NCBI GenBank assembly: GCA_046563655.1
Contig: CM102286.1
Coordinates: 5,456,001-5,520,000, forward strand
Source: Yuukianura sp. NJ FZ-2021
Taxonomy: Eukaryota
Reading direction: 5' to 3'
DNA length: 64,000 nucleotides
This document shows, in pieces, positions 17,039 through 29,400 of this stretch; positions within the stretch are counted from its first letter, which is position 1; every line of letters starts with the position of its first letter. Both the position numbers and the translations under genes were made by a program. Under the pieces are notes generated by a model, which was not told the origin of the DNA, did not search any database, and saw only the letters and a list, made by a program, of their open reading frames with translations.

Positions 17039-17130
17039 TGCGGGGTAGGAAAAAGTAAGGTAGCCGGTGTGACCACCGGACCATGGTGCCTCCTTATCCA
17101 CTGGAGGCTTACCAATACTGTTTTCCCACA
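17039..17130. repeat. LTR copy 1 (92 bp)
   Basis: Identical by eye to 17380-17471. Confidence 0.95.
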
Positions 17131-17379
17131 GGACCCCGCCGCCTAAGCTTCGGCCCCCGAAGCTAAAGCCTCAAAGCAGACAGAAGATGCAAACTGAGTT
17201 GAAACTAACCTAGGGGAATCGGGATGCTTATGCACAAGCCTGGGACAACATAACAAACTAATTAACCTAATCAACTCAGTTATGCAATTCAGCTTGCAGT
17301 GAGGCTCTATTTATTTTTTTTTCTTCGGGCAGTATGAGGACTGACCCGAGTTTCGAACCTGCGACCTCGTCCTCCACTC

Positions 17380-17471
17380 TGCGGGGTAGGAAAAAGTAAG
17401 GTAGCCGGTGTGACCACCGGACCATGGTGCCTCCTTATCCACTGGAGGCTTACCAATACTGTTTTCCCACA
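17380..17471. repeat. LTR copy 2 (92 bp)
   Basis: Identical by eye to 17039-17130. Confidence 0.95.
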
Positions 17472-20400
17472 AAGAGCAGAGGCGTGTTGTTAACTTGACT
17501 TCAAATGGAAGCTGTAATTGACAATTGAAATTTATCGCAGGTCGTTTGTAAACGTAAATGTGTCAAAAAAAAATTAAAAAAAAAAATCTTTTCTTATACA
17601 TTTTGTGTACTGAATACAAAAACCTTTGAGTAGTAAAAATGATTTGTCTGTTACATGATACGTTCGGAGTGTTATTGAATACACTAGCCTTACTAACTTT
17701 TTTTTAAATAAAAGTTTTGCGGCTTTGCTATTCCAATATTTATCAATAACTTTGGAGTTGGGGTGACTTTGGTTTTGCTGTCACCTGCACAGAAAGCTAA
17801 CTTTCTGCTCAAAACTAAGGTCCATTAGCTTCCTGATACTCAACGGAGATTTGGCGTGTTAGGGACAAAACTTTCTCCATTTCAAATTGTGATCCTCGTT
17901 AAGCCCTAAAAGTCTAAGTGAATCCATCTCCAGTTTCCACTTTCTTTGTTAAGTAAGAAAAGGAAAGTACTGAGAGCAAGTTTAGATAACAAGACGCTGA
18001 AGACTCATAATCACGGTAGTATTCTTGCAGCAATAAGCCTAGTTCTGCCATGAATTTACAAAAGAAGTCACGCAAAAGTGAAAAAAAAAAATCCGGGACA
18101 ACGTAAGTTTAAACATCCACTCATTTTTTCTTAAATTTTAAATTCCGTTTTGTAAAGCATTGTGCGAATTGTGAAACAAATCCCACAACTCTGACATTGA
18201 ATAGATTCCCAGAATTTGGAAAAAACGAGACATTGATTAAGTGAAAGTAGTTGATGACTAGTCATTAATCTTTCATGTAAACTTAGAGTGTAACTGTGAT
18301 ATATCACTCTGTTACTTTGGAATGTGATGAGACAATGGGTTAAAGGATCAAAAACCAGTTCGTACGTAGTTCCCCGTTCAAAAACCGAATTTAAACTCAT
18401 GAGCACCATTTATTCTCTCAGTATCATGCTAATTTAATTTCAAAGACAATGGGCGGGAGACAATGAAATAAATGAAGATAGCCCAAGTTTCTAGTTACTA
18501 CATGCTCACATCCACATCCCTATGCTCAATTTAAGCCCATTTTCTACTTAACTAACCAAATTTACAGTCCAACGCCACGCCATTCCTGCATCACAACTCA
18601 GGAATATCAAGATGACGAAACTTGACAAAATTTTCTTCCCGGGATATTCAAAATAACAAAAAGAAAGTGGAAATTTTGTAAAGAGAAAGGAATTATGCTT
18701 TCAAAAGTTACTTTCAATTCAATTTGGTTTCATTGTAAGTTGAACTCGTCAACAGTTGAGGTACTTCTTCAGAATAGCAACGACGCTCAAATCCTCTTAA
18801 AAAATGAACTCAGTTTTATTATGTAACTGGCAGCCAGCTAGCATAGCTTGGGAGACGGAGTCATGACCTTGACACGTTTGAATTTTTGCGCCGCGTTATT
18901 GGCCTCCATTCAAGGTTCACTTGGTGTATTTCTGTAGAAGCGTTTTAGAACTTAGGCGGCTAGCGATGATAGTAGAGCGTTTTAGGATATGCAAAAGAGA
19001 GAAAATAGAATAATTTGAGACACAAGTTCGAGGCTTGTGGAATGGTTGGCTGGCAGTTAGCTTCGCCTGGGAAGATCCACAGCATGTGCAAAAGTAAGCT
19101 AACTCTTTACAATCAGTTACAAGTTTAAGTTAAGGAAAAGTTTGAAAAGTTTTTTTCACTTTGAACTGTTCTAGAAATTTTTCGTAATTGGTGGAATATA
19201 AACATAGGTCTGTGAGTCGGATAAAATAAGTTTTGGGCTCAGTTGAATAATCAGTGAAAGTTTAGAATTTTCCTCAATTACACGAACCCATGGCCCATTT
19301 GCTCCACCGTAGGAGTTCTCTATTCAACTTCAAACTTTTTTCTTTCTAGAAATCAAGTGAGTCGAGCGGTAGAAAATCAGAAAAATTTTGCTTTTGATGA
19401 ATTCTAAAAAGAGACGCATTTTCTCTTGGGTAATACACTTCGCATGTAGAAACGAATTTAAAAAAAGAAAAGAGTTGCCCCGAGAAACGTTGGCTCAAAA
19501 TTTGTTCCTGTCACGGAAAGTGTCAACGGAAAGCACAATGCAGATGAGAAATATTCGATCCTGTGCGCCATGAATCAAATATAAAGCACTTACTCTTTGC
19601 TGCTCGTCTTTGTTCCAGGTTGTTGATTGATGTTTTCATCTTTCCCAAATTCGAAATAATAAAATTAAAGTTTTACAGACAATGAAGCGACGTTTTAGAA
19701 AAAGACCGGTAGACTAAATTCGTAAATTGTTCTCCCAACATACAGAAACTTCGGCTCAACGTAAACGCAACAAAGGCGTGTTCGCTTTAAAGCAAACAGA
19801 AATGTTGAAAAAAGAAAATTGCTACTCGTTTATTTGTACAAGGAGGCGGTTGTTTTTGTGTAATCCAAAAGTGGAAGTTTTCGATTTTGCAAAATAAAAA
19901 AAGTTTTAAATTATTTTGGAAACAAGGAAAGACAGAATAGACAATCAATCAGGTTTCAGACGCAGAGGACTCAATACCATTCTGGGAAGCATCCATCACT
20001 TTCACTATCATTCATTCCAACCTGTCATAAACATTTTTTGGCAATAATCTTCACCATTTTCCACAAAAGTGTAAATGAAAATGAAATGCAAAATGCATAC
20101 AAACCTTCATTGCACAATCAACTTCGCACTTTTATGTAAAACTTTACTTATTTCAGATTTAACCCTAACAACGCCCAAATTTAACACAATTCAACTCGCT
20201 GTCCTTTTTTTTTTCATATCAAGCAACTTTTTGGCAACGTTCGACCAAACACAAGTGGGGGTTGGATAGGGCAAATAAATGCCACTCACCGCGAATAATT
20301 TTTGCAAATGCCAAATTTTGTTGGCAAAAATTTTCAGTGCGAGCCAAAATTTTGCACTTTATTAAAGTATGAGCCGATCCCACCGTTAAAGCCAAGCCAT

Positions 20401-23400
20401 AAGAGAGGTTAGCTTCATAAAGGAAAGGAAAATTGACTTTTTAGGTTCACAATGGGGAGGCGTATGGGTAATAGATAAAGGTTGAGGTATTCCATTTCGT
20501 GGGTTTCAGTGTGGCAGTTTCTGAGTGTGACCTTTGCAAAATATTGTTGTTTCAAGGTCAGTCGTTTTGCTAACGCAGTACAAAAGCGTAGAGCCAGACT
20601 GGGCTCAATACAAGATGGACAGGATAATCCTTTCCGTACTTGATTTACTTCTGTATTTGACATATTAGACTTACATCCTTACTGTCATTTTTTTAATTAG
20701 AAATTTTGAAACTATCTACATAGATTAGCCTAAGTTACGAAGAGTCAAGGTTTTTCAGTCTACACATTTTCATAAAGGTGAATCTATATGCTGCAGTTAT
20801 GATCTCTTGAGAATTATAAGATCAGAAAGCAAAAGCCGTTTTGGCACACTAGACGTTTGCTAATATTGGATCCTGTCCAGAAAAACTGGTGGACGTTGAT
20901 TACCTTTCTGTCATTCCTAACATCCAGCACATGGCGCTGTTTGGCACTCAATACGTTGATATTCCAAGGTGTGAATTTGACACACTTCCCTCACGCCCTT
21001 GAGTGACACTTTGTCAAAGTATTAAATTCCGCATGACCAGCATGTCAAATTCTGTCACTTGTTATACATTATGCTAAGGCCGTTACTGTGGTTTAACCTG
21101 TTGAAACTTTTGTTATAATCTCAAAGGCTCCTAAAGTGCCTCTCCAAACTTGGCAAAGGGAGCTTTAAAAGTTTGTAAAAAGGCATTATAATACTAAACG
21201 CCTTTGTCACTGTCTGATTAAAATGAGGCCGTTTTCAAGTGTGCCCTGCTGTGTGACCGGATCGTCCAAACTTTAGTAAGAGCATGGACACAAAGTTCGC
21301 CATTTCCTGGAGGCTATAAATCGTAGTGTAGTAGCGTGGGATATGTAAGTCTTATCGGGCATCTTGGTCTAAGAATGCTAATCCTTCCAGGAACCAGGAA
21401 TAAGGAGGAAACATCTCTTATGAATTTTTAATCTTACTTACTTAAAGCCATTTAGCCCAAAATGGATTTGATTTCCCGCGCCTCTTAAAAAATTTATAAG
21501 AATTGAAGACTTTTTGCTTCTTTGTTGACCATAAAAGGGAAAAACCAGATGTGGAAGATTTCTTAAGTAAAAAGTGTTTTAAGTGAAAAACTGATGTAAA
21601 CCTGGAGAAATTCTTGGACTGGAATTTACTTTTGAGCTTCTTTTGTCGGAATTTCGGGTATAAAAGTCCCTAAGTACTAAAAGGTAGCCAAAGTTCAAAA
21701 AAGTAGAAAGGCTTTGTGCAGTCCTCGTCACAATTCAATGAAAAGTGCTTGTTCAAGTGGAATGTCAACCTCGGCGTTGCTCATTCAATAAATGTACGTT
21801 TCAGATTCAGCAATGGAACAAAGAGCTACACGCATTTGGGAAAGATTTGATTTCAAATCCAGAATCCGAAACCTGCTGCCTATGTCACTTCCTGACGCAG
21901 TATGAACGAGATACCGCGTTAGGGTATGCAAAAAGCAGGTGATTTCTAGTTTCTAGAAATACTATTCTAGAATCTAGACATTTCAATTCAAGTGTAACTG
22001 CAGCCGTCATGTACTTCATTTTTACTGGACCATTAAACCATTTCCGTATTCGAACCATTCAGGCGAACACACGCCTTTAGTTCCGATTTGGAAGAAGCGG
22101 GTTTTTCGTCGAGTTCTTTGAATTGGTTTATCGTTTCAAAAAAAATATAACTGGAATAAAAAACTCTAAACCCGCAAGAAAAAAGTACAGTAAAGTCAAA
22201 AAAGAAAAAAAATTCAAACGTATACCAAGATTGCCGTCATTCTGCAACAAAACTTTGACTTGAAATATGGGGGTGATAAAGAACTGAATGACCAGTAGCT
22301 AAGGACGGACGGCAAATCATAACATAACTTGACTCTTGACCTCCGAGCATGTTAGAATACAGAAAAACATTTGACCTATGATAATGCATGTTTGCGCTAC
22401 GAAATGACAAGAACAGAAACGGTGGTTGGTCATTTTTGATTTCTTTTTTAATTTTTTTTGTGTTGCTCCAGAAAAAATTCATAATCAACCAAAAACAGGA
22501 TTGAGTGCGGGTGGGCTTTAAAAAGGAAAAGTTTTAGTACTTTGCAGAGTGAAATTTTTTAAGTGAAGTTTGAGAATTCTTGTTAGTGGTTCATAAAGTT
22601 AAATGGCGTTATTTATTACTGTTTTATAGTACTTCATTCCAGTTGTGCTTATAGGCCATTCCGAATTTCATTTTATATTGTCAAACACCTCCTAGACTCA
22701 TCATGGAGGAGAAATGTTCTGCTAATCTTCAAAATTTGAGATTTTGCAAATGAAATTTTTGGATTTAAGGAACATCTTACATGAAAAATTGGACATGGTT
22801 GACGTGCAATCTTATAGGAGTTTGGTTCTTACAGGCAAAAATAATTTCACAAAATCCTGAAGCGTTTGAAACCTATTATTCACAATTCGAGTCAATTTAT
22901 TATGCTAAAGATGAGTATCCACCACAATAATTTATGGATCCCGTTTTATTAGGCTACTAAACCCGTGAGCCATAAACCTGTCACTGCGAAGTCTTCTAGA
23001 ATTTTATACTTGTGCTTCAAATTCAGAACAGCATCACTAGGCTAAATGAAATAACGTATTGCTAATATTAAAATTTGAGTACAGCGTTACCTAAATTAGG
23101 GCGTCCTAGAATCACCCTCTGAACTGTAAACTAGTGTTAACGTTTATTTGAGGGCGGGAGTTGTTGATTAGGGAGTGTTCACTAAATATTTTGCCAGAAG
23201 TCGATCCTACTGAAAAAGAAGTTGTACAATAATAAAGGATTTCTTTTGATTCTTGCAGAGGCCGATGTGTGATTGGTATTCAATGGAACAGAACCCATCT
23301 TTCTGGAAAAACATCTCAAAGAGACCGAGAAGAAGATGATATGAAGCTTGAGTAAACATTGGCTTAAGTTCATTCAGTTGAAGTACCCGGACTTCCGTTG

Positions 23401-23480
23401 AGGCTCTATCAAAATCACACACATTCTTGGAGAGTGATAAGGTGGAAAGTATAGTGGAAAGTGCTTGAGCAGAAAACAGA

Positions 23481-26400
23481 ATGGGAACTGCTAATGAAAG
23501 TTTGGTCTTGACGACTCCGCCTCCGGAAGATGAGAACTTATTTTGGGAACTCAGTTTTCAAAACTCGTCTCGGTTCTGGGTTCAGCGAGTCCTTGTGCCC
23601 ATAGTCGTACTGTTTGGAGTCCTTGGCAACTTGATCACAATCTACATCTTGACACGACGACCAATGAGATCTTCTACCAATGTGTGAGTTCAATCGCCGT
23701 CAAATATCGAATTTCCGGTGCAATCTAACCCATAACCTAGTTTAGCTTCGCTGCACGTTAACCTAATGTTTGAAATTTAGTCTCTCAATCCCAATAAGCT
23801 TCACTAAAAAAAAGAATGCAAAGTTTTCAAACAAAATTTTGTAGCCTCTTCAATGGCTCACATTAGGCTCGGTTAGCGCAAATTGGCGTCATAAAACTAG
23901 TTTTCTATTTTTAAAAAAGCTTAACCTTTCTTTGTTCTTTTCAATTTTTTGCAACCAATAGTAGAATGAATTTCAATGTTTTGCAAAAATTTCACGGCCT
24001 CCTGCGTACCTTTGTTTGTTTTTGTATTTTGAAAACATAGCCTTTAGATATTTATGCAACACTTGTGTCAATTGATCGTGATACCAGAACAAAAAGTAGG
24101 ACAGAAGTTGCTTTTAAGTTGATCAACGAAGCGTGTTGTTAATTTTGTTCAATGAAATTGATTTCTGAAGCGTCTAATTTGTTCAACTTTCCCATTCAAC
24201 TACATTGGATGTTAACCTTTGTTTTTGTTTTGGCGGCGGCTGTACTTCTCAAATTGAAAGGTTTAAGCGCAGTGCTTTTATATTGTTTTATGGATTTTCT
24301 ATAACAACATATCGTGTTTCGACCTTTGTAACGCTGACTAGAATTAGTAAACGAATTCTGGTCTAGTGCCGAAACTTTGTTTGTATTTGAAAATACATTT
24401 GAATCGCAATCCTACTCTCAGATGCAGTGAATGGATAGGAGGGTGTTACTGGCAGCTGTTGGCACTGATCAAGAACATGAATCGCACAGCTATATTTAAA
24501 AACTTTAGTACACACGCTGCTTTTCTGAGTTGAATTCAGAGTTTGAAAATCTGTCGCCTGTAAAAATGTGTTTAAAAAGTCTAAAACGCTGAGGTCTCGC
24601 TCAATACTAGTAGCTAAAATGAAAAACTTTTGAAAATGAATTCCTGACGTTTTCTTTATAACGGTACTTTTTTTGGAGTTTTGATTTCCTAAGAGCGTGA
24701 AGTTGACACTCATAGTTTGCATAATCAAACTTGTCTTAGAAAAACTTTGACACGCCATGCCACAAACTTCTACTCTAAATGTCAACCGTTGAAATTGGAA
24801 ACAAAATTGACAGGAACTCGTGGGCAGAATATGTTTGATCAAGGACTTCTAAATTGGTTATGGCAAAAATTTTTAGTAATGTTTTACATAAAACGCCTAC
24901 ATAACCTTCTCAATTTGCCAGAAAATCGGATAGATGAGCTCAGCTCGTATTTTAAAAGAAACTATTTTTTTTTCCGATTTTTAAACTTCACTTCAATTTT
25001 TTCTTTTCTCAATTTCAATTTAGAAAGTAAATTTGAAAATTCAGGGATGGTTTGCAAAGGAGACGAATTGTGGAATTGTCTAACCCATATCAATAAAACA
25101 AATATTTAACTTAATTGGTTAATCCAGAAATAAAAAATTCACTAAGCTCAATTACTAATAATGGGACACTTCCGTTCTTAGCGAAAATTTCTTTGTTCAA
25201 AAACATTTCTTTCTACTGTCAAAACAAATAGGCAATGCAGGGTTTGGTTCTTACAGAAGACTCAATATTTTACAAAAGTAATAAATTTTTTTAACTAAAT
25301 TAATCGCCATAAGTATAACCACGATAATATTTTGAAACTTTGTTTAATTATTAGGGAACTGGTCAATTACGTAAGTTATAAGCTCACTTTGATACACGTT
25401 GTTTTTAGTGTTAATTTATTTTTCGTCATTAAGTTCTTGTTGAAATTGAGCGCCTATTTACTTTTACTTTTGCTCCAAAGTACCTTCCGGGTTTATGTTA
25501 TTTATTGCGCTTTCAGTGTTTCTTTGGGACTAACGACGGTTCGAAATCATTAGTTCTCTCTTTCCATCAGTCCGAGGCATTAATTTCTTATGGCAAAAAA
25601 TTATCTTCGGCAGGTTTTGTTCGAAACGAAACATTTTCTTCTTTTCCGTGATTGTGTGTTAACATGATCAAGATTAAGGCTGACCAGAATCCATTAGCGT
25701 TTTTATTCTGCTCCTACGTTGTGCAGTAAGAGCTTGGTTCAGTGGTAACAATTTTTGTAAGGTCTGACGTTTGGCAGTAAATTATATTTTATCTTTGCTT
25801 TCTCCAATGGTAATGTTAGTAACTGTGAGATTTGTGAGATTTGCAGGACACCTTTAGATAGAAGTCTCTTTTTCTCCGGTATTTGCCAAATTACTTTTCC
25901 CATTTTTCTTTTTCGGCTTTCTCTATAGGTACACATCTCATGTCAAACTGATCAAGATCATAAAAGTACTAAAGCAAGATTCTTTAGTTAACCTATTTTT
26001 TCCTGTGTTCAACTTTCCATATTTTATGAAATTTCGGACAAACAGTTACCTTAGGGTCGAAGTGTTTTCTTGTGGTGATGAGCCTCCATTCCAAAATACT
26101 ATGCAAACCGCTTTCTGTGAATACTAATCTCATCTACTTGGAAATTTCCCAATTTTCTTCTTAATGTGACGCATATTGCATAATTCCTTCGCATTAATTT
26201 ACGAAAATCCACTAGGAATTGTAATTTTGGCCAAATAAATTTTATTTACTACCTTCAAAATTTTCAAAAGTTATTTTAATATAGCACTTAATTTAGACTT
26301 TAAGTGCCCTCCCTGCTGCGCCTTTTTAATGGTACGCCCTTCCGGAAGTACTTTCCCAAAAGTTCTTAGAATTAAGTCATTGATTTTAAGATGGAGGAGT

Positions 26401-29400
26401 TAAATCTCTAGTTAGACCACTTTGGATTTCAACTTTTGCTTTTCCCTGCGCAAATTTTGTTTTCTGACCCGCACTTATAGAGGTTGAAGCGGAAGAAGGC
26501 TTTTAAGTTAAGTAAGTCGAATTGAAAAGTCTCAGAGGACCAAGAGGTTCAGCAGGTCAACTTCATCTCCAGAAGTTCCCGAGAGCTTTTTGAGAATTGG
26601 AAATCATTAAGAAACGACAAGGCGGGGTTCCTTTGAGACTTGGCCGCTTCTTGTTGCTGTTCAAGTGAAAACAAAGGGCAGGGCACAGGAGGACAAAAGT
26701 TAATTAGGTTCCATTTGAGTCAAGTCTAGTGGCACGTTTAAGTTTCTTGTTCCTCACCCTTACACAATTTGAGTCATGAGAACAGTGCTCAAAGAGAAAG
26801 TTATTATTCCAATCAGGCAGGGAGTGTAGCGCTAATGCCCTGGGTTTTAACGACAGAAACTATACTTTTACTGCTGCAACTAAAAGTAACTGAAAAGTAG
26901 GCTGAGATTCTTAAAATCTAGCGTCTTACACTAATTATTTAGTTTGCTGAACCTATTTGCATGGAAAAGCCCCAATTAAGCCGTTTCGAGTTTAAGCAGA
27001 ATTCTAATCCAGTTTAATTGGTGTAACATTTGGTGTAACAAACAGAACCGTTAAAAATCGGAGAAAGGAGAAACTAAATCCAGGCAGGCGGTCATGCATT
27101 CGTACAGTGCAGTGTAATTTCCGTATTAATTTGCAGCAACTCATACATTTTTTATTTCACTCCTAATTTGAAAAAAAAAATGGCAATTTTGATTTCCTTG
27201 GTACACAAGTTTTAGCTAAAAAAATCTAAATCAAGTACTATAAAGCGTTTCCACTTGTGTTTTAATAAACTCGATAAGTTTTAAACAAAATTCTTACAAA
27301 TGTAGCAATGTTTCAATTTTTTACCAATTTCGTTATTAGTTTTTGTAATAAACATGAATTAATCTGGCATGGTGGCAAAATTTGTAGTTATTTGAGTTGG
27401 TATCTTTGTTCTATTGAACAGTGATTACTGCTTCGGTACCAGTGATAAGAAATCGGCCTGCCGGGGCAGGTAGATAGGCCAAACCCATGTACCCCCGCGT
27501 AATGCGTTTTTATAAGTAGGTTTAGATATGGAACCAATCAGGTTGTCAGACTCCGAGTCCAGCAGCCAATCAAAGCGTCAGACTCCGAGTCCATATACCA
27601 CCATATATCCGGTGATGGCGGGAAGAGAAATCACTCCACATTACACCTAGGCTATATCAGTGACCACCCCATATTCCAAAATCCCACTCCACTCGGTGAA
27701 ACTCGTGAGGCCGAGTAATCATCGGAGAAGGGGGGGAGCTGAGGGGAAGAGAAAGTTTTCATTAACACCTTTCTCCACCCTTTGGCGGTTCAATGAGGAT
27801 GCTTTCTTCAATGCTTCGGTACAAAATGTATCAAAATGTTGTACAGTATAGAAAACTGCACAAGCTTATCTTGAGAACTTCCAGGCAATACTAAGGAAGT
27901 TCCACCACTCAGTTACCTCGGATTTGACAATGGTTATCAAAGTGGGAAAATTGCTGGGAGGCAAGTCTCTCATAGTTTGATTACATTACCGTGTTTTTTT
28001 TTTTCAAGTTTCCGTTTTTTATTTCACATTTATGCTTATTGTACCGCTTTTCAAGAAAAAAAAATGCAATAACGCTGGATTTGAGTACGTTGATTTAATC
28101 CTGGTCTTTGTCGTAATTTGAAAGCTACTGTGGGAACTTTCAATTCTTTTTTTGAGCAATTGGGTATGTAATTTGGAATGGGGGATTTGGAAATCGTAGG
28201 GTTTGTTTACAATTGGTAGATTTGCTAGAACAAAAACAAACTACGGTTGCAAGATATAGCAAGACTTGCAAGATTCATGTTCCAATCAATTTGATTGGAA
28301 ACGGATACCCCGTTTGGACAGTTTACAGTAAGCCTAACATCGAATAAAGTTCTTATTGCATTTACTGCGCAGAAGACACGGATGTGACTTGGATTAACGA
28401 CTTACAAGAGATCCACCAATTCCTCGTGGATCTATCCAATCTGCTCAACTTCTGCGTCATACGTTGGTTACAATTCATGTTCCTTCAAAGAAATAAAGTT
28501 TGTTTTAAATTGTGTTTAGAAAAGATTTTGAAAAATGGGAATGAAAATGTTTAATTTGGAAAAGGCAAAAAACTTTGAATTTTGAATGATATAATTATGC
28601 ACAGGTTTGTGTACTTTTTGCCATTGTCAGCCCCAGCAGAATTGAGAAAGTAGATGTGAATTGTAAGACTTTCTCCGGGTGGATAAATGAACAAAAGTAA
28701 TGCTAAAAAAGTAGTTCGAAGAAAAGGAGGATTGTAGAATCCAAACAAAGTTTTTGTAATCTCTTCTGTTTTATTATGTAAGACAGTATAGAAGTAGAAG
28801 CTCCATCAGATGAACTTCCTCCTTGCTTTTGTAATTACTACTTTTGTAAATAATCCAATGTAATAGGAGCTTGAGTAACTTAATTTGATGCTATGCCACC
28901 TTCTTCAAAACTTTTCGAAACTCGCTGTGGCACACGTTGGCATTTGCCAATTGTTTTTTTTTGTCAAAAAACAAAACAAAAACAACGTTCTGCTTTTTAG
29001 AAACAGAAAAAGTTCCCTGCTTCACCGATTCCGCTTGACACATATCGTTACCTGTGACCAAGATTAACGACGAATCCGATTTACGCCATTTTTCATCATC
29101 GCCCTTACCCTCTATCGTATGAATAATGTCAAAAGGCACATCGCAATTTGTCATCCACTGCAAACATAAAATGCAATTTCGGAGTTCCAACAAAGTCGTT
29201 ATGGTTGGGAATATGGTGCATGCGCATGTTCATATTTTCCATTTATCAATTTTGATCTGTTCAAGTCCAATATTTCTTTGGTCGAAATTACATTTTTGAA
29301 GTTAAAGATGATGATAGAGCACTCTAGAAAAAAGTTATCGAAAGTAGCACAATAAGTTTGGATGTAACATCATCTTCATATGCTAAACTTTATTTCTTTT

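Larger units (their letters stand above)
17039..17471 (-). mobile_element. Non-autonomous mini LTR retroelement (TRIM-like), 433 bp, intact
   Basis: Two identical 92 bp direct repeats (17039-17130 and 17380-17471), each TG...CA with short inverted ends (TGCGGG...CCCACA). 4 bp TSD AAGA at 17035-17038 and 17472-17475. 249 bp non-coding interior. Orientation is inferred from a TGG-starting segment next to the right LTR and a G-rich tract next to the left LTR on the minus strand. Confidence 0.9.

Noticed and set aside
17330..17379. Possible type I hammerhead ribozyme in the TRIM interior (minus strand CGAAACTCGGGTC followed by a stem-I-like pairing)
   Set aside because: The essential CUGANGA core is absent and stem II pairs poorly; at most a dead relic. 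A tRNA B-box explains the sequence equally well.
17335..17379. tRNA gene
   Set aside because: Only a T-loop/B-box-like half is present, the T-stem is mismatched, and there is no anticodon arm, so it is not a complete cloverleaf.
17039..17471. CRISPR-like or HDV-ribozyme reading of the 92 bp direct repeats
   Set aside because: Only two copies, in a eukaryotic context, with TG...CA ends and a TSD that fit LTRs. The nested double pseudoknot of HDV could not be built.
24363..25109. 159 aa and 130 aa ORFs in the GPCR intron
   Set aside because: Low-complexity AT-rich composition, non-ATG starts, no motifs; likely spurious.
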